DNA of 64,000 nucleotides from Octopus vulgaris (lineage: Eukaryota), in assembly GCA_951406725.2 (NCBI GenBank), contig OX597821.1:57164001-57228000 (forward strand), written 5' to 3'. A program made the position numbers and the translations under genes. The notes under the pieces were generated by a model that did not search any database, had not been told where the DNA came from, and was given only the letters and a program-made list of their open reading frames with translations. How positions within the stretch are numbered: position 1 is the first letter of the stretch; each line of letters opens with the position of its first letter. Of the stretch, positions 63,615-64,000 are shown in pieces.

Positions 63615-63830
63615 CTTCAGATGCACATACATATAACACACACATATCTTCTAATGCACATACATATAACACACACATATCTTCAGATGCACATACATAT
63701 AACACACACACACACACACATCTTCAGTTGCACATACGTATAATACACACACACACATATCTTCTAATGCACATACATATATGCACATACATATAACACA
63801 CACATATCTTCAGATGCACATACATATAGT
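63615..63830. repeat. 33-bp minisatellite
   Basis: Unit tcagatgcacatacatataacacacacatatct, about 6 degenerate copies. Confidence 0.85.
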
Positions 63831-63849
63831 TATAAAGACCCACATACAG

Positions 63850-63890
<41 letters not shown>

Positions 63891-64000
63891 CATAGATCGC
63901 CACATATTAACGCATGAACTTTGATCAGAACTGAGAAAATGTCATCATTTAAGAGCAGGCATAACTCTGTGGATAAGAAGCTTGCTTTGCAGTACCCATG

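Overview
This is AT-rich, repeat-dense eukaryotic DNA, not prokaryotic. The SINE and microsatellite content points to an octopod cephalopod, probably Octopus (inference from remembered repeat families). I can support only one host coding feature: a 165-bp internal exon at 28657-28821 (+), with phase-2 introns on both sides. Its translation resembles the N-terminal region of neurobeachin-like proteins (NBEAL1/2), so the rest of the window is probably two very large introns (>28 kb and >35 kb). These contain dozens of copies of about five SINE-like families (labelled A-E here), long microsatellites, and fossil DNA transposons (pogo, Tc1/mariner, hAT and piggyBac-like MITEs). They also contain R4/Dong non-LTR remnants in (TAA)n tracts, RTE-type 5' ends, and a series of fold-back inverted repeats in TA tracts, several with hammerhead-like motifs that suggest Penelope-like elements. 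None of the supplied ORFs is credible as a gene, and the real exon is not among them. I found no clear new multi-gene system. The most interesting signals are ribozyme-like non-autonomous retroelements, dsRNA-forming structure around the exon, and templated-insertion scars. Boundaries of older repeats are approximate.
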